Below, in pieces: positions 48,473 to 57,800 of a stretch of 64,000 nucleotides of DNA. The translations under genes were made by a program, and so were the position numbers. The notes beneath the pieces are model-generated. The model did no database searches and was not told the DNA's origin. It saw only the letters and a program-made list of their open reading frames with translations. The stretch is from Burkholderiales bacterium (GTDB lineage: Bacteria > Pseudomonadota > Gammaproteobacteria > Burkholderiales > Casimicrobiaceae). The DNA is taken from positions 55,384-119,383 of the forward strand of contig JANXNI010000061.1 of NCBI GenBank assembly GCA_025354165.1. Reading direction: 5' to 3'. The first letter of the stretch is position 1. Each line of letters begins with the position of its first letter.

Positions 48473-50275
48473 TTATCGCGAAACTTTGCCGTTGGCCGCC
48501 TTGTCGCGTGCTTTCTCGTCGATGTCGACGTATTTCCACGGCGTGCGCCAGAACGGATGCCGCTTGTAGCCGAGCAGCCAGGGCTGCGAAAGATCATTGG
48601 CGTAAGAGTGAATTCCAAAGTCGAGCACGCTATTGGCTGCCGCGAGCTCCGACAGCGCCCGGTAGACCTGATTCCGCGCAGGCCCAAGCGGCAGCTTTGC
48701 GCCTTCATCATACAAGCGGTCGTATTCGGGAAGCTTGAATTTCATGTCGTTGATCGCGTTGATATTGCGTGATACCAGAAGGCTCACAAAGCCATCTCCA
48801 CCCGGGCCACCCGCAATCCAGCTCCAACCCCACATCTGCAACTTCCCGGTGCGCGACATTTCGATTAGGTCGGGCCATTTTTGGCTGAAAAATTCAACAC
48901 GAATGCCAATCGCGTTCATACTTTTCTTCCAGATTTCTTCCTGAATTCGGCCGCGGCTGTCCGCAGTGGAACTTCGCGTGATCTTGAGCGGTTTGCAGTC
49001 CGGTGCTTCGCGGAAACCATCGCCATCGCAATCCTTGTAGCCAAAGCGATCCAGCAACGCGTTCGCCAACGCTGGGTCGAACGGTGGTCTAAGTCTCAGC
49101 TTTGGGTCATGGCCCGACAATCCCGGTGGCACGAGCTGTTGCGCCATCTCAGCCTGCCCCTTGAATACGGACGCAATTTCGCGATCCGTGTCGTAGGCAA
49201 GCAGAATTGCGCGGCGCAAGGCATTTTTTTCGAGGGAATAGCCGCCGACAACAGGGTCGTCCATGTTGAAGTAATTGAAGCCAAGTAGGGGCTCCAGCGC
49301 ACGTTGAGCGTTGATTCCTTTGGCGACGAACTCCGCCCTTAGTGCATTCTTCTCAAACATTCGATCTGTCAAATCGCGCGGTAATTCCAGGCGATCCAGT
49401 TCGCCATTCTGAAACGCCAGCACGCGCGGCAGACTTTCTTCAAGCACGTTGATGACGATGCGATCCACCAGCGGTGCGCGCTTGCCCGTCGTGGCTTGAG
49501 CAAGTTTTTTGTCGGCGTCTGTCGTGGGCGTCGGCACGAAATCTTCGCGATAGTCGGGATTGCGAATTAGCTCAACCTTTGCCGAGCGCTGCCATTGACC
49601 CAGCATGAACGGGCCCGTGCCCACAGGGTGCTCGCGTACACGATTTCGTTCGTCGCGATACTTCTCGATGACCTCGCGCGCAACCGCCGCAAAAGGCGTG
49701 GTGGTGAAGTTGTAGACAAACTCGAAATCGGGTTTATTGAGTTCGACGCGAAACGTATAGCGATCCAGCGCGCGCAGTCCAGCAATCTCCGCGTCGTAGT
49801 TGAAGCGGCCCGTTTTCTCGGCGTCTTTGCGTACTACGTCGGCACCGAGGAGTTTATTTTCGAAGAGGTAGTAATTCGGCGATGCTATTTTCGGATCGAG
49901 TAGCCGTTTGTACGAATACACGTAGTCTGCTGCGACCAATTCGCGTGGCTTGCCATTGAAAGCCGCGTCGGGCGTGAAGAAAATACCGTGCTTGACGCGC
50001 AGCGTGTACACCTTGCCGTCTGGGGACGATTCGATCAAGTCTGCTGTGCGCGCTGCGACTGCGACGGGACGCACGAAATAGTCGTACTGCAGCGGCGGTT
50101 CCATCATCATCACAGCGATGTCGCTGGATGGGATGTCGTCAATGGCGGCAGGATCGAACGTAGATTCGGCGGTACCTACTGAGAGATTGAGTGTCTTTAC
50201 CGCGAAGGCGTCGGTCGCTACAACAGCGGCACACGCCATCATCACTATCGTTCTCAAGGCACAAACGCCTCGCAT
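48473..50275 (-). CDS. ABC substrate-binding protein family 5, tandem paralog
   Basis: TFDPA, PVGTGPFM, DDPVVGGY and DRDGDG-like D/C loop shared with the neighbour. Confidence 0.9.
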   Translation of the reverse strand: MRGVCALRTIVMMACAAVVATDAFAVKTLNLSVGTAESTFDPAAIDDIPSSDIAVMMMEPPLQYDYFVRPVAVAARTADLIESSPDGKVYTLRVKHGIFFTPDAAFNGKPRELVAADYVYSYKRLLDPKIASPNYYLFENKLLGADVVRKDAEKTGRFNYDAEIAGLRALDRYTFRVELNKPDFEFVYNFTTTPFAAVAREVIEKYRDERNRVREHPVGTGPFMLGQWQRSAKVELIRNPDYREDFVPTPTTDADKKLAQATTGKRAPLVDRIVINVLEESLPRVLAFQNGELDRLELPRDLTDRMFEKNALRAEFVAKGINAQRALEPLLGFNYFNMDDPVVGGYSLEKNALRRAILLAYDTDREIASVFKGQAEMAQQLVPPGLSGHDPKLRLRPPFDPALANALLDRFGYKDCDGDGFREAPDCKPLKITRSSTADSRGRIQEEIWKKSMNAIGIRVEFFSQKWPDLIEMSRTGKLQMWGWSWIAGGPGGDGFVSLLVSRNINAINDMKFKLPEYDRLYDEGAKLPLGPARNQVYRALSELAAANSVLDFGIHSYANDLSQPWLLGYKRHPFWRTPWKYVDIDEKARDKAANGKVSR

Positions 50276-50277
50276 AT

Positions 50278-50757
50278 TTAGCTCAACGCTTTTTCGATAT
50301 CTTTCACGAGCGAGGCTGGCTCATCCTTCGGTGCGAAGCGTTTTACTTTGCCATCGGGCGTCACTAAAAACTTCGTGAAATTCCACTTCACCGTCTCGCT
50401 GCCGAGCAGGCCTGGCGCAGCTTTTTTCAAATGCTCGAACAGCGGTGCCGTGCTCTCGCCGTTCACATCCACCTTGGCGAACATCGGGAACGTAACACCG
50501 TAGTTAAGATCGCAAAAGCCCGCGATTTCGGCGGCGTCTCCGGGTTCCTGTTCACCAAACTGGTTGCACGGAAACCCCAGCACCGCCAAGCCCTCATCGT
50601 GATACGTTTCATGGAGCTTTTGCAGGCCTTCGTATTGCGGCGTAAAGCCGCATTTGCTCGCCGTGTTGACGATCAGAAGCGTCTTCCCCGAATACTGGGA
50701 AAGCTTCTGCTGTTTGCCATTGATGTCTTTGGCAGAAAAGTCGTAGGCTGTGGTCAT
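50278..50757 (-). CDS. glutathione peroxidase
   Basis: NTASKCGFTPQY, FPCNQF and WNFTKFL motifs. Confidence 0.96.
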   Translation of the reverse strand: MTTAYDFSAKDINGKQQKLSQYSGKTLLIVNTASKCGFTPQYEGLQKLHETYHDEGLAVLGFPCNQFGEQEPGDAAEIAGFCDLNYGVTFPMFAKVDVNGESTAPLFEHLKKAAPGLLGSETVKWNFTKFLVTPDGKVKRFAPKDEPASLVKDIEKALS

Positions 50758-50775
50758 AGTCTATTTCCTGTTTTT

Positions 50776-50845
50776 GTGGGAGCGGCGCTGCCGCAACCCA
50801 CGTTAAATATGCGCTAAGGTCGGGCGCGGCTTTCGCCGCTCCTAC
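50776..50845. repeat. REPIN, left arm degenerate; right arm overlaps the metC stop
   Basis: GTGGGAGCGGCGCTGCCGCAA (50776) ... GCGCGGCTTTCGCCGCTCCTAC (50824-50845). Confidence 0.8.
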
Positions 50846-52005
50846 AAGGCCGCGAATCCTTGCGCTAAATCATCGCGCAAATCACTCTCGTCTTCCAGTC
50901 CGATATTAAGCCGGATCAAAGCGCCTTTGTGCGGCCAGTTCGTCCTCGACTTCGCGAGGTCATAAGTCAGCGCGAGCGACCCGATGCCACCCCAGCTTGC
51001 GCCAACGCCGAAAAACTCAAGCGCATCGATAAATCGCGCTGCCGCATCCGCGTCGTATTGATCATGCAACACGAACGAGAACACGCCAGTCGAACCCGTG
51101 AAGTCGCGATTCCAAACTTCGTGCCCCGGACAGTCCGGTAATGCCGGATGCAGCACCAGTTTCACCGCAGGCTGGGTCGCAAGCCAGCGAGCCAAGTCGA
51201 GCGCAACACGCTCCGTATGTTGGATGCGGAGCGGCATCGTTGGTAATCCACGCAGCACCAGATAAATGTCGTCCGGCGCGCAGCATTGCCCCGTTTGCAG
51301 CGCCATGTCTTTCACACGTCGCCAGGTCGCCTCGTCTTTCGTCGTTATTGAGCCCATGACGAGATCGCTGTGGCCCGCCGGGTATTTCGTGAGCGCATGC
51401 ACCGAGATATCCGCGCCCAACTCGAACGCGCGCAGATACCAGCCAGCGCTATAGGTGTTGTCAATCGCCACCAGCGCGCCCGCCGCGTGCGCCGCCGCAG
51501 CAATTGCTGGCAAATCGCTCACTTCCATCGTGATTGAGCCTGGCGTTTCAACCCAGACGACTTTGGTGTTTGGCTTGATTTGTGCAGCAATGCCAGCGCC
51601 AACCAGCGGGTCGTATTGCTCGACCGTCACATTCATGCGTTTGAGCAATCCGTTAGCCAGCGTCTTCACCGGGTCGTACACATTCGACGGAATCAGCACG
51701 TGATCGCCGGGCTCGACAAAGGGCAGGAACGCATAGGCAACCGCGGCAAGGCCCGAGGGAAACAGCACCGTGTTGAATCCACCTTCCCATTCGGCGATCC
51801 GGTTTTGCAAATCGCGTGTGGTCGGCGTGCCGCTGGTGCCGTAGGTGTAGATCGACTCGTCGAAACCTGAGCGGGTTTTCCACTTGCCGGTGTTTTCAAA
51901 CAGCACCGTGGACGCGCGCTCTGTGCCTGGCACGAGCGAGCGGAAGCCGGGCGGCACCGTGCGCGATGGATGAATCAGTAGGGTGTTGGGGCTCTTCTTG
52001 GTCAT
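50842..52005 (-). CDS. metC: cystathionine beta-lyase
   Basis: YGTSGTPT, ETPGS, DNT, HALTKYPAGHSD (PLP Lys) and GASWGG motifs. Confidence 0.9.
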   Translation of the reverse strand: MTKKSPNTLLIHPSRTVPPGFRSLVPGTERASTVLFENTGKWKTRSGFDESIYTYGTSGTPTTRDLQNRIAEWEGGFNTVLFPSGLAAVAYAFLPFVEPGDHVLIPSNVYDPVKTLANGLLKRMNVTVEQYDPLVGAGIAAQIKPNTKVVWVETPGSITMEVSDLPAIAAAAHAAGALVAIDNTYSAGWYLRAFELGADISVHALTKYPAGHSDLVMGSITTKDEATWRRVKDMALQTGQCCAPDDIYLVLRGLPTMPLRIQHTERVALDLARWLATQPAVKLVLHPALPDCPGHEVWNRDFTGSTGVFSFVLHDQYDADAAARFIDALEFFGVGASWGGIGSLALTYDLAKSRTNWPHKGALIRLNIGLEDESDLRDDLAQGFAAL

Positions 52006-52033
52006 GGCGTTGTTGATAGTTTATTGGTGAAGC

Positions 52034-52903
52034 TTATGAGTGACACAGCGTTCGCGCATGATGCTCAAGATGATCATTGATGAAAGTAGAGATGAAGTAG
52101 TAGCCGTGGTCGTAGCCCGCATGGCGACGCATCAACAATGGCTGACCGACGTTTTGACAGGCTGCGTCAAAGTGTTCTGGGTGCAATTGTGTCGACAAAA
52201 ATTTGTCCGCAAGACCCTGATCAATCAGAATGCCGTCGGGGTAGGGCGCACCACTGCATCCAGACATCAGTGCAGAGGCGTCATGCGCCGCCCATTTCGT
52301 CGAATCGGGGCCAAGATAGCCATCGAAAGCTTTCTGTCCCCACGGGCACATCGTTGGCGCGCAGATCGGCGCGAACGCTGACAACGACTGAAACAAATCG
52401 CGGTGTCTGAGCGCCAGCGTGAGTGCGCCATGTCCACCCATTGAATGACCGAACAGGCCCAGGCGCGTCACATCGATTGGCAGTTGCGTTGCTACCAGCG
52501 AGACCAGCTCTGTAGTGAGATAAGTCTCCATGCGGTAGCGTTTTGACCAGGGCGGAACGGTTGCGTCAAGATAAAAGCTCGCAGCCACTCCGAAGTCCCA
52601 ACTGCCAATCTCGCCCGCGATACCTGCGCCACGCGGGCTCGTGTCGGGCGCTATGAGCGCAATGCCTAGCTCCGCTGCACGGCGCTGCGCTCCCGCTTTG
52701 GTGGGGAACGTTTCCTCATTGCAGGTCAGCCCCGCAAGGTACATCAGCGCGGGTACTTTCGCTGCATCGTGAGCAAGCGCAGCAGGCGGCAAAAACACCG
52801 AGAACCGCATCGGCAAACCGATGACCGCCGAATCGTGTTGATAGAAGCGCTGCACGCCGCCAAAGCAGGTGTGTTCGCTGAGGCGTTGGAGGGTGTTCGT
52901 CAT
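52034..52903 (-). CDS. fghA: S-formylglutathione hydrolase
   Basis: LAGLTC, GHSMGGHGAL and YDHGYYFI motifs. Confidence 0.95.
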   Translation of the reverse strand: MTNTLQRLSEHTCFGGVQRFYQHDSAVIGLPMRFSVFLPPAALAHDAAKVPALMYLAGLTCNEETFPTKAGAQRRAAELGIALIAPDTSPRGAGIAGEIGSWDFGVAASFYLDATVPPWSKRYRMETYLTTELVSLVATQLPIDVTRLGLFGHSMGGHGALTLALRHRDLFQSLSAFAPICAPTMCPWGQKAFDGYLGPDSTKWAAHDASALMSGCSGAPYPDGILIDQGLADKFLSTQLHPEHFDAACQNVGQPLLMRRHAGYDHGYYFISTFINDHLEHHARTLCHS

Positions 52904-52964
52904 ATCAAAGTAGCAAACCCATTACCTCTCTCCCGCAAAGGGAGCGGGAAGTATTAAAGACAAA

Positions 52965-54122
<1,158 letters not shown>

Positions 54123-54186
54123 TTAAGAGCACCATAGAATGGTTTCCGGTAGCGTAGACGGGTACGCAATTCCAAGGAGGACAAGA

Positions 54187-55884
54187 ATGAAATTACTAAG
54201 ACATCTGACGCTTACCACTGCCAGCGCCGCCATTGCGCTGCTGCATGGGCCTGTTAGCGCGGCCGCGCCGGCGAACGTTGCGGGCGGAATTGCGCCGCCC
54301 AAGTTGGTGGTGGTGGTCATCATTGACGGCTTGCCGCAGGAGCAAATCACCAAGAACTATGACCTGCTGGTGCCGAACGGGTTTCGACGGCTAATGGACA
54401 AGGGTGCGTGGTTCTCGGATGCTCATCAGGCACATGCGTTCACCGTTACTGCGGTGGGCCATGCCACCATTCTTTCGGGGGCTTTTCCCTATCAAACCGG
54501 CATCATCGCCAATGACTGGAAGACACGCGACGGAAAGAACGTTTACAACACGGCCGACACGGCGCATCGCTATCTCGACGGCACCGAAACGGGTGAAGAC
54601 GACGGGGTGAGTCCGAAAAATTTGCAGGTCAGCCTGGTCGGTGACGAACTGCGTTATTCGAACAACAACGCTAGCCGTGTCTTTGCAGTGTCGGGGAAGG
54701 ATCGTGGCGCCATTCTGCTGGCTGGCAAGACCGGCACGGCGTACATGTACTCCACAAAAACGGGACGCTTTACGAGCACCAGCTACTACATGCCGAAGCA
54801 TCCCGACTGGTGGGAAAAATACTACGCCAGCAACCCGCAAAATCAATACTTCCAGAAATCATGGAACCTGTTGCTGGAGCCAAAAGCGTATGAACGATCA
54901 GTGCCTGAGGGCCAGTCATGGGGCGCAATCTACAACGGCATGACCACCAAGATGGGCTACGTCTACGGCATCGGTGAAACTACGCCGGGGCGCACTTATT
55001 ACCGCATGCTGCTGCCCGGCCCGTACGGCGATCAGATGACTGCCGAATTCGCAACCACTCTGATGAAAAACGAATCGGTCGGGCGCAATCCGACCGGTGC
55101 TACCGACATTCTGGGTGTGAGTTTTTCGAGCCACGATTACATCAATCACAACTTTGGTCCCGAGAGCATTCAATCGCAGGATCACCTGTTGCGTCTGGAT
55201 CGCACGCTGGCCAAGTTCTTTAGCGATATCGACGCGCAAGTCGGTCGCGGCAACGTGTTGACCTTACTCTCGGCCGATCACGGCTTCATGAATGCGCCTG
55301 AGTACAGCGGCCCGCGTGGCTTTGATTCAGGACGTATCGATTCATCAGCAGTGCGAGCTGCGGTTAACGCTATGGCGGAGAAGAAGTATGGCATTCCGAA
55401 AGTGGCGTTTCAGCACATGGTCGGCGGCTGGACGCTGGATTACGCCGCCATCGACGCAAAAGGTTTGAACCGCGAAGAGGTTGAGACGTTTGTGGCGCAC
55501 GCTGCGCTTGAACAACGCGGCATTGGCTTTGCCTTTACGCGGACACAGCTTGAGCATGGTCAGATGCCGGCCACACGAGTAGGCCTGCTTACGCAGCGTG
55601 CCTGGCATCGGCAAATGGCCATTGATGTCGCCATTATCCAGAAGCCGTTCTACTACTTTCAATCCGGCGCTACGCCCGCGTCTTCGGTAGCGTCGCATGG
55701 CACGCCCTATAGTTACGACACGAACGTGCCACTATTGATCGAAGGCGGCAAATGGATCAAGTCGGGCCGCGTGACGGATTACGCTGAGACGGTAGATATT
55801 GCGCCGACGCTGTCGACTATTCTGAACGTCAGGCCGCCTAGCGCAAGCGAAGGTAAAGTCTTGACACAAGTTTTGCAGCGTTAG
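54187..55884 (+). CDS. alkaline phosphatase superfamily, PafA/PhoK-like
   Basis: IIDG, TAVGHAT (Thr nucleophile), GKDR, HDYINH and ADHG motifs; ATG 54187 after AAGGAGG. Confidence 0.88.
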   Translation: MKLLRHLTLTTASAAIALLHGPVSAAAPANVAGGIAPPKLVVVVIIDGLPQEQITKNYDLLVPNGFRRLMDKGAWFSDAHQAHAFTVTAVGHATILSGAFPYQTGIIANDWKTRDGKNVYNTADTAHRYLDGTETGEDDGVSPKNLQVSLVGDELRYSNNNASRVFAVSGKDRGAILLAGKTGTAYMYSTKTGRFTSTSYYMPKHPDWWEKYYASNPQNQYFQKSWNLLLEPKAYERSVPEGQSWGAIYNGMTTKMGYVYGIGETTPGRTYYRMLLPGPYGDQMTAEFATTLMKNESVGRNPTGATDILGVSFSSHDYINHNFGPESIQSQDHLLRLDRTLAKFFSDIDAQVGRGNVLTLLSADHGFMNAPEYSGPRGFDSGRIDSSAVRAAVNAMAEKKYGIPKVAFQHMVGGWTLDYAAIDAKGLNREEVETFVAHAALEQRGIGFAFTRTQLEHGQMPATRVGLLTQRAWHRQMAIDVAIIQKPFYYFQSGATPASSVASHGTPYSYDTNVPLLIEGGKWIKSGRVTDYAETVDIAPTLSTILNVRPPSASEGKVLTQVLQR

Positions 55885-55946
55885 CGATTCGGTTAAGCGA
55901 AGATACTTGACACAAAGCAAGCACTATCAAAAATTCAGGAGCCGCT

Positions 55947-56906
55947 ATGCGATATCTCGTTTCAGCCGTTTTCGCGGTGTTGGCTAGCGCCCCGCTATTG
56001 GCGCAGAACTATCCCGTGAAACCCGTAAGGATCATCGTCCCGTTCGCCACCGGTGGACCCGCAGACGTTTACGCGCGAACCGTTGCGCAGCGTCTCTCGG
56101 AGTCGCTCGGGCAAGCGTTCATCGTTGACAACCGTCCTGGAGCTGGTGCGGTGGTCGGCACCGACGTAGCCGCGAAGTCGGCGCCTGACGGCTACACATT
56201 GCTTATGATGTCGAACGCTCAAACCGTCAACGAAACGCTCATTCCGAACAAGCCGTACGCGCTGCTCCGAGACTTTGCGCCGATTGCGCCCGTCAACTAC
56301 TCCGACCTCGTGTTGGTCGCGCATCCGAGCGTCGCGGCCAACAATTTGCGCGAACTAATCGCGCTGGCGAAAGCAAGCCCAAAGCCAATGACCTTCGCAT
56401 CTAGCGGCCCCGGCACGCCGTATCACATGGCAGGCGAGCTCTTCAAATCGATGGCTGGAATTGACTTGCTGCATGTCCCATACAAAGGCAGCAGTGGTGC
56501 GCGTACCGATGTCGTTGCGGGTCACGTGAATATGATGTTCGACGCAATCACCACCATGAGTGCGCAGGTCAAAACAGGCAAGGTCAAAGCGATTGCCACT
56601 TCCGGAAGAACACGCTCCGCAGTGATGCCAGAAGTACCTACGCTTAATGAATCCGGCGTGCCGGGCTACGACGCCGTGATCTGGCTCGGCATCATGGCAC
56701 CGATCAACACCCCACGCGCCATCGTCAACAAACTCAATGCCGAAATCACCAAAGCCGTAGACCGCGCCGATGTCAAAGCTGAATGGGCGAAGCAGGGAGC
56801 AACCCCGATGCAAATGTCGCCGGACGCATTCGCCAAATACGTGCGTGAAGATATCGATAAATGGGCGCAAGTGGTCAAAGTTTCTGGCGCGAAATTTGAG
56901 GAATGA
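55947..56906 (+). CDS. tripartite tricarboxylate transporter substrate-binding protein (Bug/TctC)
   Basis: YPVKPVRIIVPFATGG, DNRPGAG, APDGYT and HVPYKG motifs. Confidence 0.95.
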   Translation: MRYLVSAVFAVLASAPLLAQNYPVKPVRIIVPFATGGPADVYARTVAQRLSESLGQAFIVDNRPGAGAVVGTDVAAKSAPDGYTLLMMSNAQTVNETLIPNKPYALLRDFAPIAPVNYSDLVLVAHPSVAANNLRELIALAKASPKPMTFASSGPGTPYHMAGELFKSMAGIDLLHVPYKGSSGARTDVVAGHVNMMFDAITTMSAQVKTGKVKAIATSGRTRSAVMPEVPTLNESGVPGYDAVIWLGIMAPINTPRAIVNKLNAEITKAVDRADVKAEWAKQGATPMQMSPDAFAKYVREDIDKWAQVVKVSGAKFEE

Positions 56907-56912
56907 GCGAAC

Positions 56913-57599
56913 ATGAACATTCTGAGTGCCGGTGCCGCCAAAGGGCTTTTGTACGCAATCGCCGAACGCGAATCGATCGCGTTGACGGGTGAATTCGGCG
57001 CAGTCGGCGCGATCTATGAACGATTGAAATCAGGCGCGACTTCCGATGTAGTCGTCCTTACGGCGGCGATGATTGCAGAGCTGGCTGCTAGAGATGAAGT
57101 GGACGCCTCAAGCGTGATCGCTTTGGGCGAAGTGCATACAGGCATTGCGCTTTTGAACGATGCGCCACTTATAAACGTCGACGACGTCGAGACGTTGAAG
57201 CAACTGCTCTCGAAAGCAAAAAAACTGTACTTCCCCGACCCGGCGCGCGCCACCGCTGGCATTCACTGCATGAAGATGCTCACAGCGTTGGGACTCGCAG
57301 AATCGCACCGCGAGCGCTTTGCGACCTATCCGAATGGCGCAACTGCAATGCGCGCGATGGCAGATTCTGGCGATATTGGCGCGGTGGGAATAACCCAGTG
57401 CTCGGAGATTCTGTATACCTATGGCGTGCGGTACGCGGGACCGTTACCGGGCCCGTTTCAGCTTGCCACGGTCTATTCAGCGGCGATGACGCAGCGCGTT
57501 GAGAATGTCGCCGAGGCGGTGAAATTGTTGAATGCGTTGTCGTCCTCGACCACCGAGCCAGCACGCCTTTCGGCGGGCTTCAAGCCGCTTGCTTCGTGA
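56913..57599 (+). CDS. ModA-like periplasmic substrate-binding protein
   Basis: ILSAGA start, PDPARATAGIH and TQCSEI motifs. Confidence 0.75.
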   Translation: MNILSAGAAKGLLYAIAERESIALTGEFGAVGAIYERLKSGATSDVVVLTAAMIAELAARDEVDASSVIALGEVHTGIALLNDAPLINVDDVETLKQLLSKAKKLYFPDPARATAGIHCMKMLTALGLAESHRERFATYPNGATAMRAMADSGDIGAVGITQCSEILYTYGVRYAGPLPGPFQLATVYSAAMTQRVENVAEAVKLLNALSSSTTEPARLSAGFKPLAS

Positions 57600-57625
57600 C
57601 GGCGCTGACGGCGATAAAGTGCAAG

Positions 57626-57702
57626 TGGTAGGCCGTAAAGGACTTGAACCTTTGACCAAAGGATTATGAGTCCTCTGCTCTAACCAACTGAGCTAACGGC
57701 CC
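57626..57702 (-). tRNA. tRNA with CAT anticodon, most likely tRNA-Ile2 (lysidine type)
   Basis: Reverse complement GGGCCGTTAGCTCAGTTGGTTAGAGCAGAGGACTCATAATCCTTTGGTCAAAGGTTCAAGTCCTTTACGGCCTACCA; typical position after rpoD. Confidence 0.92.
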
Positions 57703-57733
57703 ACTTGTACTGCTTCGACTTTGCAGAATGTAC

Positions 57734-57755
57734 AAACGGGCCCGCGAGCCCGTTT
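57734..57755 (-). terminator. hairpin between rpoD and the tRNA
   Basis: AAACGGGC-CCGCGA-GCCCGTTT; short U tail on the minus strand. Confidence 0.5.
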
Positions 57756-57800
57756 TATTCGTGCAGCCGCTAGTTTAGCGGCTTACGTTACCGAGGCTGA

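Noticed and set aside
48442-48711. 90-aa N-terminal extension of the family-5 SBP
   Set aside because: Overlaps the upstream paralog; the signal peptide begins at ATG 48441.
57600-57702. tRNA-Ile 3' end as the attachment site of a genomic island
   Set aside because: No integrase and no duplicated tRNA 3' end seen in the window; adjacent genes look like ordinary host genes.
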